In this document: positions 19,624 through 28,744 of the stretch, in pieces
Layout of the letters: every line of letters begins with the position of its first letter
Position numbering within the stretch: the stretch's first letter is position 1
Assembly: GCA_040005235.1 (NCBI GenBank)
Contig: JBDTZG010000017.1
Location: forward strand, 33,624-97,623
DNA length: 64,000 nt
Source: Acidobacteriota bacterium
GTDB taxonomy: Bacteria > Acidobacteriota > Thermoanaerobaculia > Multivoradales > UBA5704
Direction of reading: 5' to 3'
Position numbers and translations under genes: made by a program
The notes under the pieces: model-generated
Told to the model about the DNA's origin: nothing
Databases searched by the model: none
Seen by the model: the letters and a program-made list of their open reading frames with translations, nothing else

Positions 19624-20520
19624 CTAGACCGCCGGCTCGGCCGGCAGCGCCCGGTTGTACCGAAGGGTGAGGAAGTTGATCGTGAGCAGCAATGCGAACG
19701 AGACCGACAGGAACACCGAGGCGATCGCGGTCGCCCCCGCGTAGTCGTACTGCTCCAGCTTGATCATGATCAGGAGCGGCGTGATCTCCGAGCGCATCGG
19801 CAGATTGCCGGCGATGAAGATCACCGAGCCGTATTCGCCGAGAGCGCGGGCGAACGCGAGAACGAAACCGGTCGCAGCGGCGGGCGCGATCTCCGGCAGC
19901 AGGACGCGGCGGAACAGCTGGCCGCGGGTTGCGCCGAGGGAGACCGCCGCCTCTTCGATCTCCGGATCGAGCCCGGCGAGCACCGGCTGCACCGTGCGGA
20001 CGACGAACGGCAAGCCGATGAAAGTGAGCGCCACCAGAATGCCGAGAGGGGTATAGGCGATCTTGATCCCAAGCGGCGCCAGATATTGGCCGATCCAGCC
20101 GTTGCCCGAGTAGATCGAGGCGAGCGCGATGCCGGCGACTGCGGTGGGCAAAGCAAACGGCAGATCGACCATCGCATCGACCAGCCGCCGCCCGGGAAAT
20201 TCGTAGCGTTCGAGCACCCAGGCCACCAGCACGCCGAACACGACGTTGACGATCGCCGCGGCGAACGCGGTCACCAGGCTCAGCCGGTAGGCCGCGATCG
20301 TCCGGGGGTCGCTGATGATTTTCCAGAAGGCATCCCAAGTCAGCGAGGCGGTTTTCAAGAAGACGGCCGAGAGGGGGATCAGGACGATCAGCGACAGATA
20401 GAGCAGCGTGAAGCCCATCGACAGTCCGAAGCCCGGCAGATTGCCGCGCTTGGGTCCGCGTCGCTTCGGTGCCGCCGCTAATGGAGCCAGGGCGCCCGTC
20501 CCGCTCTCAGGCATATACAT
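19624..20520 (-). CDS. cysT: Sulfate ABC transporter permease CysT (CysU)
   Basis: LPGFGLSMGFTLLYLSLIVLIPL, VDLPFALPTAVAG and GEYGSVIFIAGNLP motifs. Confidence 0.93.
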   Translation of the reverse strand: MYMPESGTGALAPLAAAPKRRGPKRGNLPGFGLSMGFTLLYLSLIVLIPLSAVFLKTASLTWDAFWKIISDPRTIAAYRLSLVTAFAAAIVNVVFGVLVAWVLERYEFPGRRLVDAMVDLPFALPTAVAGIALASIYSGNGWIGQYLAPLGIKIAYTPLGILVALTFIGLPFVVRTVQPVLAGLDPEIEEAAVSLGATRGQLFRRVLLPEIAPAAATGFVLAFARALGEYGSVIFIAGNLPMRSEITPLLIMIKLEQYDYAGATAIASVFLSVSFALLLTINFLTLRYNRALPAEPAV

Positions 20521-20523
20521 CGG

Positions 20524-21513
20524 CTACCGGCCCGCCTGATAGATCTGGTCGAACACCCCGCCGTCGGCGAAATGGGTTTTCTGCGCCTTGGCCCAGCCGC
20601 CGAACACCTCGTCGATCGTGAACAGATTCATCTTGGGAAACTGCGCGGCGTACTTAGCGGCGGCACCGGGGCCGCGCGGCCGGTAGTAATTGCGCGCAGC
20701 GATCTCCTGGCCCTCCGGGCTGTAGAGATATTCGAGATAGGCCTTCGCGAGCGCCTCGGTCTTGTGCTTCTTCGCCACCTTGGCGACAACCGCGACCGGC
20801 GGCTCGGCGAGGATGCTCTTGGAGGGTGCCACGATCTCGAATTTGCCCTTGCCGAGCTTCTCGACCGAATAGATCGCCTCGTTTTCCCAGGCGATCAGCA
20901 CGTCGCCGATGCCGCGCTCGACGAACGTCACGGTCGAGCCGCGGGCTCCGGTGTCGAGAATCGGCACGTTCTTGTAGATCCGCGTCACCAGGTCCTTCGC
21001 CTTCGCCTCGTTGTTGCCATACTTGCCTAGGGCATAGCCCCAGGCGGCGAGGTAGTTCCAGCGCGCTCCGCCAGAGGTCTTGGGATTCGGCGTGATCACC
21101 GAGATGCCCGGCCGAGCGAGATCCTCCCAGTCGTGGATCTTTTTGGGGTTCCCCTTCCTCACCAGGAAGACGATGGTCGAGGTGTAGGGGGTGCTGTTAT
21201 TCGGCAGCAGCTTCTGCCAGTTCGGGGGCAGCAGGCCGGAGGCCGCGATCGCGTCGATGTCGTAGGCGAGCGCCAGGGTGACGACGTCGGCTTCCAGCCC
21301 GTCGGAGACGGCGCGGGCCTGCTTGCCCGAGCCGCCGTGCGACTGCTGCACGGCAAGATCCTGGCCGGTCTTCGCCTTCCATTGCTTGGCGAACGCGGCG
21401 TTGAAATCCTGGTACAGCTCGCGGGTCGGGTCGTAAGAGACGTTTAAGAGGTTCACCGCCGCCGCGGGGAGCGCGGCGAGCAAAATCGTGAGAGCGAGCA
21501 GGGTTCTTCTCAT
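20524..21513 (-). CDS. sbp: Sulfate ABC transporter substrate-binding protein
   Basis: [23 protein letters not shown] and [12 protein letters not shown] motifs, plus a signal peptide. Confidence 0.95.
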   Translation of the reverse strand: MRRTLLALTILLAALPAAAVNLLNVSYDPTRELYQDFNAAFAKQWKAKTGQDLAVQQSHGGSGKQARAVSDGLEADVVTLALAYDIDAIAASGLLPPNWQKLLPNNSTPYTSTIVFLVRKGNPKKIHDWEDLARPGISVITPNPKTSGGARWNYLAAWGYALGKYGNNEAKAKDLVTRIYKNVPILDTGARGSTVTFVERGIGDVLIAWENEAIYSVEKLGKGKFEIVAPSKSILAEPPVAVVAKVAKKHKTEALAKAYLEYLYSPEGQEIAARNYYRPRGPGAAAKYAAQFPKMNLFTIDEVFGGWAKAQKTHFADGGVFDQIYQAGR

Positions 21514-21524
21514 GACGAAGGCTC

Positions 21525-22970
21525 CTAGAAGTTGATCTGGAAGCGGCTGAAGACGACCCTTTCATCGGGCCGGTCACCGATTCCGGAAGGCGCCGAGACC
21601 GCCCCGCCTTCGAAGCGGGTTTGGGCGAGGTCGAACATCCAGCGCACGGAGCGGTTGAGGTACCAATTGAGCCCGAGGCTCCACGCCTTGGCGGAAGAAG
21701 CCGAGGAGGTCGGACTCGCGAACAGGGGAAACGCGTCGTCATCGACGTCGAGCTCGGAAAAGCGGCCGACCAGCTCGAACGCGCCCCAGGTCTTGGCCTT
21801 GGGGTCAAAGTTCTTCTTGGGTGCCACTCCGCGATAGCTCGGCGAGCCGCCAGCGATCACCCACGACCCCGCCACCTGCCAGGCCTTGTTTTCGAGATCC
21901 GTCGCGACCGCGCCGCGCCGCACCTCTTGCGAAGACGTCGTGTATTCCGACAGCAGGCCGAACCGGCTGCCGTACCAAGTGAGCTGCGGCAAGAGGCGCT
22001 TGCGGTCGCCGTTGGCCATCACGGTTCCGGCCGCGGTACCGTCGGAACGGTAGGAGAAAAAGGTTTGCTGGGCGTCCGTGCGGTAAGAGGGCAATCCCGT
22101 CGCGGTGAGGGTCCCGTTCTGCGTGCCTTGAGATGCCGCGACGCCGAAACCGAGACCGCGAAGGCCCAAGTTGTCCGACTTGGCGAACGGGGTGAAGAAC
22201 AGTCGGGCCGCCACGTCCTTGCCGCTGTTGCTGTCAAGGTCGCCGCCGTTGGCGCCATCGACGACGCCGTTCCACACCCCGACCGCGTAAGTGGCCCGCC
22301 CCGCCGCGAGATCGCCCGAGACCTGAACCACGAGATCGCGGTTCGGCACCAGGTTGGTCGGCAGCGCGCGCTCGACGAAAAAGATGTCGGTCGCTCCTTG
22401 AAGCCGCTCGATCCCCACCGGCGGCTTGAACTTGCCCGCGCGAACCTTGAACGCGGGCGCGAAGCGGCCCTCGATATAGGCATCGAACAGTACGCTGGTC
22501 CCCTGGCCGAAGTCGGGCATGATCCGGAAGTCGAACCGATCGAACACGGTCCCTTCAAAGATCGGCCGCGCCCGGCGGAGCAGGAAGGTATCGACGTTTG
22601 GGCGCGAGCGGTCGTCACTGAAAAAGCGGCCGTCGAACTGGACGTAGCCGCGCAGCTTGAGCACGTAGGCGCCGTCGGCGGATTTGAACGAGAATCCATC
22701 CTTGCCGCTGGTCACCGAAGTTGCGGTCTTCGCCTTCTCCGAGTCGCCTTCGTCTTTGATTTCCGTCTTCCGGTCGAGCACGCGGAGCTTCTGGTCGATC
22801 TCGTCGAGCCGCTCATCGACCGATTTGGGGGCTTCGTCGGCCGGCTCTGTCTCGGCCGGCGGCTCGGCGGGTGGAGTCGGCTCCTGTGCGCGCCCCGGTC
22901 CGCCGAAAGCTACGGCGGCGAGGGTCAAGGCAGACATGAAAAGAGGGAGCGAGGCGCTTCTAACCTTCAT
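21525..22970 (-). CDS. OprO/OprP-family anion-selective porin
   Basis: Signal peptide, short coiled coil, [29 protein letters not shown] and a C-terminal Phe. Confidence 0.82.
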   Translation of the reverse strand: MKVRSASLPLFMSALTLAAVAFGGPGRAQEPTPPAEPPAETEPADEAPKSVDERLDEIDQKLRVLDRKTEIKDEGDSEKAKTATSVTSGKDGFSFKSADGAYVLKLRGYVQFDGRFFSDDRSRPNVDTFLLRRARPIFEGTVFDRFDFRIMPDFGQGTSVLFDAYIEGRFAPAFKVRAGKFKPPVGIERLQGATDIFFVERALPTNLVPNRDLVVQVSGDLAAGRATYAVGVWNGVVDGANGGDLDSNSGKDVAARLFFTPFAKSDNLGLRGLGFGVAASQGTQNGTLTATGLPSYRTDAQQTFFSYRSDGTAAGTVMANGDRKRLLPQLTWYGSRFGLLSEYTTSSQEVRRGAVATDLENKAWQVAGSWVIAGGSPSYRGVAPKKNFDPKAKTWGAFELVGRFSELDVDDDAFPLFASPTSSASSAKAWSLGLNWYLNRSVRWMFDLAQTRFEGGAVSAPSGIGDRPDERVVFSRFQINF

Positions 22971-23006
22971 CTGAAATCTCCTGGGCTTTTTGCGGTCAAA
23001 CGGGGG

Positions 23007-24929
23007 TCAAGGCATTCCCGCGCCGGAGCGGATGATCAACAGCGGCCGGCTCGCGTTTTCGATCAGTTCCGCGACGAGCCCTTCGAGCTTGATCGCGCGC
23101 CGCGCTCGGGCGAGCGGCGCACCCAGCACGATGACCGTCTGTTCGGAAGGAGAGGCCGCGGCGAGGATCTCGGTCTGCGCGTCGCCGCGGCGGATCAAGA
23201 CGTCGGCCGCAACGCCAATGCGCCCGAGCGAGCGGACGCTCGCCGCGAGAAAGCGCTGGGCAAGCGCCGCCTCGGCCGCCATCGCCTCGGCCGGCAGAAC
23301 GGTCAGTACGGTGGCCGTGGCGCCGAGATGGCGCGCGAGCCGTCCGGCGAACAGAACGTCCTCCTTGCCCGGCTCCCCCACGGCGACGCAAATCAAGAAA
23401 TGGGTCGGCAGCTCAGGAGAAGCGGATTCCGGCACCGCCAGCAGATGGTGGCCGCCCGCGGCGAGCGCCCGCTCCGCCTGCTCGACGGCACCGCGGGCCG
23501 GCAAACCCAAGACGACCAGATCGACCGGCCGGCGCTCCACTTGATCGGCAACCGCCGTGGCCAGAAGCAAAGGCGACGCGAATGCCTCGACCGAGGCGAG
23601 GCCGCTGCCCAGCCTCTCCTTCTCTTCTTGCAGACGCTCCTCGAAACCGCCGGCCGCGCGCTTGGCCCCTCGGCCCGAGTCGGATTCGGCGGCGCTCGCG
23701 AGCACGGTGACCCTGGCGTGCGCCATCCGGGCGATCCGGCCGCCGAGATCGGTCGCCGTGCGGGCCGCGGGCGAGCCGTCGGTCGCGAGCAACAGAGAGA
23801 GCCCCGGGTGGACGAGCGCGTGGATGCGCCGCACGCCCACCCAGGCCGGATCGCCCGGACGGAGCGGATAGCGGTATGCCTGATGCTGGGAGCGGACCGC
23901 GTCGATCAGCACGTGCTCGCTGCCGAACGGCACGTCGGGCGCGATCGGCCGGACCCCGGCGAGGGGAGGAAGGCGAAGGCGCAGGCGTTCGGCGGCGCCG
24001 ACCAGGGAGGTCTGCTCGACGATGGCCTTCCCGAGCAGCGGATAGCCGAGCGCCTCTTCGGACTCTTTGACCGCCACGTCCTCGGGCCGAAACAACACCT
24101 GGACACGCCGCGGTTCGAATCCGCCATCTCCCCCCGCCGCCCGTCCGCCCTCGGTCGCGAGCGGAAACTCGACCGGCCCCAGGCGCACCCCGGCGCGCGT
24201 AGATTCGCCGACCATCAGGTTCGCGCTGCCCAAAAACGTCGCCACGAACTCGGTCTGCGGCCGCAGGTACAGCTCCTGCGGCGGCCCGGCTTCGAGCAGG
24301 CGGCCGAAGTTGAGCACCGCGAGCCGGTCGGCCAGCTCGAACGCCTCCTCCTGATCGTGGGTGACGAAGATCGTCGCGATTTGGAGCTCCCGCTGGATGC
24401 CGCGGATAGTCCGCCGCAGCTCCGTGCGGATACGTGCATCGAGCGCCCCGAACGGCTCGTCGAGCAGCAAAACCTCGGGCTCGTGCGCCAGCGCCCGGGC
24501 GAGCGCCACCCGCTGCTGCTGGCCGCCCGAAAGCTGCCGCGGCATCCGGCCGCCGAGCCCCGCCAATCCCACCAGCTCGAGCAGCTCGTCGCGCCGCCGC
24601 CGCCGATCCGCACGGCCGACCCTGCGGATCGAGAGTGCGAACTCGATATTTTCGGCCACCGACATGCCGCGAAACAGGGCGTAACTCTGGAAGACGAAAC
24701 CCACGCCGCGCTTGCTCGCCGGCAGGTGCGTGACGTCGCGGCCATGGAGCAGAATGCGCCCGGCGTCCGCTTCGGCCAGGCCGGCGATCATCCGCAGCAC
24801 CGTGCTCTTGCCGCTGCCGCTCGGGCCGAGCAAAACGAACAGCTCGCCGTCCGCTATTTCGAGCGACAGGTCGTGGACCACCGAATGGCCCTGGTAGCGC
24901 TTGGTGAGCTGTTCGAGCACGATCGACAT
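23007..24929 (-). CDS. cysA: Sulfate ABC ATP-binding protein CysA with C-terminal universal-stress-protein-like domains
   Basis: GPSGSGKS, FQSYALF, LSGGQQQR, LLDEPFGALD and VTHDQEEA motifs. A tail of about 270 aa starts LLATDGSPAARTA (USP-like). Confidence 0.82.
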   Translation of the reverse strand: MSIVLEQLTKRYQGHSVVHDLSLEIADGELFVLLGPSGSGKSTVLRMIAGLAEADAGRILLHGRDVTHLPASKRGVGFVFQSYALFRGMSVAENIEFALSIRRVGRADRRRRRDELLELVGLAGLGGRMPRQLSGGQQQRVALARALAHEPEVLLLDEPFGALDARIRTELRRTIRGIQRELQIATIFVTHDQEEAFELADRLAVLNFGRLLEAGPPQELYLRPQTEFVATFLGSANLMVGESTRAGVRLGPVEFPLATEGGRAAGGDGGFEPRRVQVLFRPEDVAVKESEEALGYPLLGKAIVEQTSLVGAAERLRLRLPPLAGVRPIAPDVPFGSEHVLIDAVRSQHQAYRYPLRPGDPAWVGVRRIHALVHPGLSLLLATDGSPAARTATDLGGRIARMAHARVTVLASAAESDSGRGAKRAAGGFEERLQEEKERLGSGLASVEAFASPLLLATAVADQVERRPVDLVVLGLPARGAVEQAERALAAGGHHLLAVPESASPELPTHFLICVAVGEPGKEDVLFAGRLARHLGATATVLTVLPAEAMAAEAALAQRFLAASVRSLGRIGVAADVLIRRGDAQTEILAAASPSEQTVIVLGAPLARARRAIKLEGLVAELIENASRPLLIIRSGAGMP

Positions 24930-25021
24930 GACGAGGCGCATCGTAGGGATCGGCGGATACGATGTCGGTCGTTGGGCGGTGACATTTCGGACCGATTTCG
25001 TCACCACCCGGGAGGACCTCC

Positions 25022-25702
25022 ATGAACCGCTTCGCCCTGCTTCTCGTTTCGATCGCCTTTGGAATTTCACCTCTGGCGGCAGAGGACAAAACCCTTCCCC
25101 CCGGCTTCGTCGATCTCAGCCAGGCCGTTCCAGGAATCGTGCTCGACATCCGCTACACGGGCCCGCACAACTTCGTCGGCGTTCCCATCGACGGCTACGT
25201 CCGGCCGCGCGCCCTGCTCACCCACCTCGCGGCGGCGGCTCTGGCGAAGGCGCAGGAGGACCTCGCGCCGTTCGGCTTCGGCCTCAAGGTGTTCGACGCA
25301 TACCGGCCGCAGCGCGCGGTCGATCACTTCGTCCGCTGGTCTCACGACGCCGCCGCCTTAACGGGCAAGGCGGAGTTCTATCCGCAGGTGGACAAGTCCA
25401 AGCTGTTCGAGCTCGGTTACATCGCCGAGAAATCGGGTCATTCGCGCGGCAGCACCGTCGATCTCACAATCGTCGTCCTGGCGGATGGCTCGGAGCTGGC
25501 AATGGGCAGCCCCTACGACCTGTTCGATCCGATCTCCTGGCCTGACAGCGCGAAAGTCTCACCCGAGGAGCGCGCGCACCGGCTGCTGCTCCGCGAGGTG
25601 ATGCTCCGCGCGGGTTTCAAGCCCTACGCCCAGGAGTGGTGGCATTTCACGCTGGAGGGCGAGCCCTTCCCGGAGACCTACTTCGACTTCCCGGTGGAGT
25701 GA
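25022..25702 (+). CDS. D-alanyl-D-alanine dipeptidase (M15D, VanX/DdpX family), exported
   Basis: FDAYRPQRAV, SGHSRGSTVDLT and EWWHF motifs, plus a signal peptide. Confidence 0.92.
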   Translation: MNRFALLLVSIAFGISPLAAEDKTLPPGFVDLSQAVPGIVLDIRYTGPHNFVGVPIDGYVRPRALLTHLAAAALAKAQEDLAPFGFGLKVFDAYRPQRAVDHFVRWSHDAAALTGKAEFYPQVDKSKLFELGYIAEKSGHSRGSTVDLTIVVLADGSELAMGSPYDLFDPISWPDSAKVSPEERAHRLLLREVMLRAGFKPYAQEWWHFTLEGEPFPETYFDFPVE

Positions 25703-25721
25703 GCCCAGGCATATCTCCCTT

Positions 25722-25751
25722 GTCAGAAACGCGCTCTCCGCAACGAAACCC
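25722..25751 (+). promoter_or_regulatory. Putative ECF promoter, copy 3 (GTCAGAAACG-N12-CGAAACCC)
   Basis: Intergenic and upstream of subtilase 2. Matches 8714 and 12434. Confidence 0.65.
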
Positions 25752-25809
25752 GAAAGGCCCGCCAACCGATGGCGAGGCAACTTCCTTCGTTGATTTCAGG
25801 AGAGATGCC

Positions 25810-27843
25810 ATGTTTACCCGCACCCGCTGGTTCACCCTTCTTGCCCTCGTCCTGACAACGGCCCCGAGCCTTGCGGACGAGATCTCGCTGGATCGTTCCC
25901 CCACAATGCGCGCCTGCTATACCTTCCGAAGCAATACCGAAGGGTACGACCTCGGCGCGCTCTTCCGCTCGAAGATCAAGGTCGGCGACGTTGCGGTGGT
26001 CGACAAATATTCCTGCTCCAACCGCCTCTGGCTCGCCCTCTCCGACGGCCCGACCTGCCCGAAGGTGGACGGCTGGAACACCGCCTCGCTGTTCGGAGCC
26101 AGCCCGGCGCGCCGTCAACCGGGCCACCCCATCCGCTCGTTCTGCCGCTACGAAAGCCCCCGGAGTCCTTCCGGTTGCGCCATTGCGGCGCTTCAGGCGG
26201 AACCCAAGCTCCACGCCCTGGTCCATCGCTGCAACGTAGTCGAGGAGATCGCCACCGCCGAACCGGCCCGGCCGTCCAAAATCAACCTGGAACCGGAAGG
26301 CGCCTCGGCCCAGCTCGATGAGCTTCAGAGCTCAGAAATGGCGAGAAATTTCCTCTACGAAGTCGGGGCAGCCGATCTGCCGCATCCGGACCGCGAAGAG
26401 TCCAACGTCCGCTTGACTGTTCTCGACACGGTCGCGACCGGCGACGGGGCACCGGACAGCCTGCCCGCCGGCTGCACCAACCATGGCTTCGGCCTCGCCC
26501 ACATCGCCCAGAAGCTGACTTGCGACGACAAAGGTTGCGCCGCGGCACTCGGGACTCAGCTCGCGCTGCCGCTGTTGGATTCCGGCGGACGGGCGGTGGA
26601 CGCCAGGTCGAATTGCGGCAACTCCGGCACTCCGGGAGACGTCGCGGTAGCGATCCGCGCCGCGGTCGACCGTTGGCTCGCGCTTCCGGGCGACCCGAAG
26701 AAGAGGCCGCACCTGATTCTCAATCTGTCGCTCGGATGGGATCCGAAAGTGCTCCACGAGCAACTCGGCGCGATCGACCCCGAAGACCATCTGAACGCCG
26801 AAGAGCTGGCGGTCTATGACGCCCTCGCCTACGCCGCCGAACAGGGAGCGCTCACGATCTCGGCGGCCGGCAATGCGTTCGGCGGACCGACTCCCGAGCT
26901 GGGCCCCACCCTCCCCGCCGGTTGGTATGCCCACCCGCCGGAGGTATCACTGCTCCCTCCCAGCGACGACACGGTGATCTGGGCGGTCGGCGGCGTGGCC
27001 CGCGGCGGCCAGCCTTTGGCCAACTCCCGGAAATTCTCCGAGCCCGGGCTGGTCACCTACGGCGATCACGCGGTGGTCAAGCTGCCGAAAGGGGGCTACA
27101 CCCAACCTCTCACCGGCACCTCAGTCTCGGCGGCGGTCGCCTCGTCGGCCGCGGCGGTCGTTTGGCATTTGCGTCCCGAACTGTCGGGACGCGAGGTGAT
27201 GGAGCTGCTTTCGAGCTCGGGGTCCGATCTCGGCCGCGGCGCCGTGCTCTACCGGAGCCACGGTACCGTCGACGCGGCCAAAGAGGCACCGCCCGGCGTC
27301 CGCCAGCTCGGCCTTTCGGCCGCGCTTCGAGCCGCGCTCGCACCGAAGGTGGCGTTGGCAAAGATCGAAGAAAATCGGATGGGCTGTCATTTGGTTCAGG
27401 TTCCGGCCGAGAAAGTTCCCGCCGTCTGCGCCAAGCGGACCTATTACACCTGCGACGGCGTGCCGCCGAGCTGCACGGCCGACGCGCTGCCGCCTAGGCC
27501 GGTGGCCGGCGGGGTGAGCACCCAGCCGGGGGCGAATCCCTGCCCCTCCTGCTCGCTCGGCGGCGGCGGCGGCACCACGGCGGCGCTGCAGATCGAAATC
27601 GACTCCGACTGGCCGAACGGCTGCCTGACCGATCCAATGCTGGAGATCGAAACGCCGGACGGAACGAAGTTCGGCATCCCGATATTGCTCGAAAAGCCGC
27701 TCTGCCCGAGCGACCAACTGATGGTCGACGATCTCGACCTTCCGACCTCGATCGCCTCGGCGCGGATCAGCTTCAAATACGCCGAGGAGAGCTACTCGGT
27801 TCAAAGCACGGTCCAGATTTTGACCCAAACGGGGACCAAGTAG
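25810..27843 (+). CDS. Secreted divergent S8 peptidase, paralog 2
   Basis: Signal peptide. LTVLDT, NHGFGLA, ILNLSLGW, SAAGN and TGTSVSAAVAS motifs. Shares CSxRxWxALxDG and TQPGANxCPSCSLGGGGG with 12521..14527. Confidence 0.75.
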   Translation: MFTRTRWFTLLALVLTTAPSLADEISLDRSPTMRACYTFRSNTEGYDLGALFRSKIKVGDVAVVDKYSCSNRLWLALSDGPTCPKVDGWNTASLFGASPARRQPGHPIRSFCRYESPRSPSGCAIAALQAEPKLHALVHRCNVVEEIATAEPARPSKINLEPEGASAQLDELQSSEMARNFLYEVGAADLPHPDREESNVRLTVLDTVATGDGAPDSLPAGCTNHGFGLAHIAQKLTCDDKGCAAALGTQLALPLLDSGGRAVDARSNCGNSGTPGDVAVAIRAAVDRWLALPGDPKKRPHLILNLSLGWDPKVLHEQLGAIDPEDHLNAEELAVYDALAYAAEQGALTISAAGNAFGGPTPELGPTLPAGWYAHPPEVSLLPPSDDTVIWAVGGVARGGQPLANSRKFSEPGLVTYGDHAVVKLPKGGYTQPLTGTSVSAAVASSAAAVVWHLRPELSGREVMELLSSSGSDLGRGAVLYRSHGTVDAAKEAPPGVRQLGLSAALRAALAPKVALAKIEENRMGCHLVQVPAEKVPAVCAKRTYYTCDGVPPSCTADALPPRPVAGGVSTQPGANPCPSCSLGGGGGTTAALQIEIDSDWPNGCLTDPMLEIETPDGTKFGIPILLEKPLCPSDQLMVDDLDLPTSIASARISFKYAEESYSVQSTVQILTQTGTK

Positions 27844-28061
27844 GCGCGGGAGGTGCCCAGGGCCGGCGGCCTCGCCACCCGAGGCCGCCGCATATCTTTT
27901 CGAATCCATCCCTTTAGGGGGTTTCACAGCCACCTCATCTGGTGTACGATCACGAGAAGCCATGACGTACGCTTCAAACGAAACGCCGGATCGAGAGTCG
28001 TTCAAGAAAACGCTTTCGGTCGCCCCATAGGTCGCAGTCGAACCAGAGGAGTTGAACCACC

Positions 28062-28637
28062 ATGAAGAACCGGAAGCTTATTGTCCCTCTGTTGGCCCTC
28101 GCGTTGGTCGCGGTTGGTGCCGCGCAGTTGTACGCCGCCATCACCGTGTCGAGCACGAACGTGCCGCTCGCGATCCCCGATCTCGGCAACGTCAACAGCA
28201 CCCTGTCGGTGGTTCCCTCCGGCACGATCACCGACGCGAACCTGACGGTCAACATCACCCACACCTGGAATGACGACCTCGAGCTGCGGCTCACCAGCCC
28301 GGCCGTGGCGGCTCAGCTGCTGTGGGCGGATTGCGGCGGCAGCGGCGACAACCTGACCAACACGGTGATCGACAACGACGCCGCCGGTCTCGCGAGCTGC
28401 ACGTTCGCCGGTCAGCCGTTCACCGGCTCGTTCCAGCCGACCGATGGCGGTCCAGTTACGCCGATCGCCGCCACCGGCACCATGAACGCGTTCGACACCA
28501 CCAACTCTGCCGGCACCTGGACGCTGAACGTGACCGACGACTCCTCGATCTGCACCGGCACGATCAACGCTTGGTCGATCACCCTCGACGGCGCACCGCC
28601 GCTGCCGGTCGAGCTGATGAACTACGACGTGGGCTAG
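28062..28637 (+). CDS. Secreted stand-alone proprotein-convertase P-domain protein with a C-terminal PLPVEL motif
   Basis: Signal peptide, AIPD, VNITHTWNDDLELRLTSP and GTWTLNVTD...GTINAWSITL. Confidence 0.82.
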   Translation: MKNRKLIVPLLALALVAVGAAQLYAAITVSSTNVPLAIPDLGNVNSTLSVVPSGTITDANLTVNITHTWNDDLELRLTSPAVAAQLLWADCGGSGDNLTNTVIDNDAAGLASCTFAGQPFTGSFQPTDGGPVTPIAATGTMNAFDTTNSAGTWTLNVTDDSSICTGTINAWSITLDGAPPLPVELMNYDVG

Positions 28638-28680
28638 GCATCACCTTCCGCGCAACCCGCGCGGACTTGTTTCGTTGCTC

Positions 28681-28713
28681 AAGGCCTCCGGCGGTCCACC
28701 GCCGGGGGCCTTT
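28681..28713 (+). terminator. Rho-independent terminator
   Basis: AAGGCCTCCGGCGG-TCCA-CCGCCGGGGGCCTTT hairpin after the P-domain gene. Confidence 0.7.
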
Positions 28714-28744
28714 CGCGTTTAGACTTAGAGCCGATCGATCCGTC

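Noticed and set aside
21621-25025. Very long antisense and alternative-frame ORFs (for example 1134 aa at 21621, 600 aa at 924, 715 aa at 28796, 617 aa at 48659, 316 aa at 62979)
   Set aside because: Shadow ORFs typical of high-GC DNA. They overlap genes with clear motifs and have none of their own.
25022-25702. VanX as a vancomycin-resistance cluster
   Set aside because: No vanH/vanA or vanRS adjacent; exported stand-alone dipeptidases are common.
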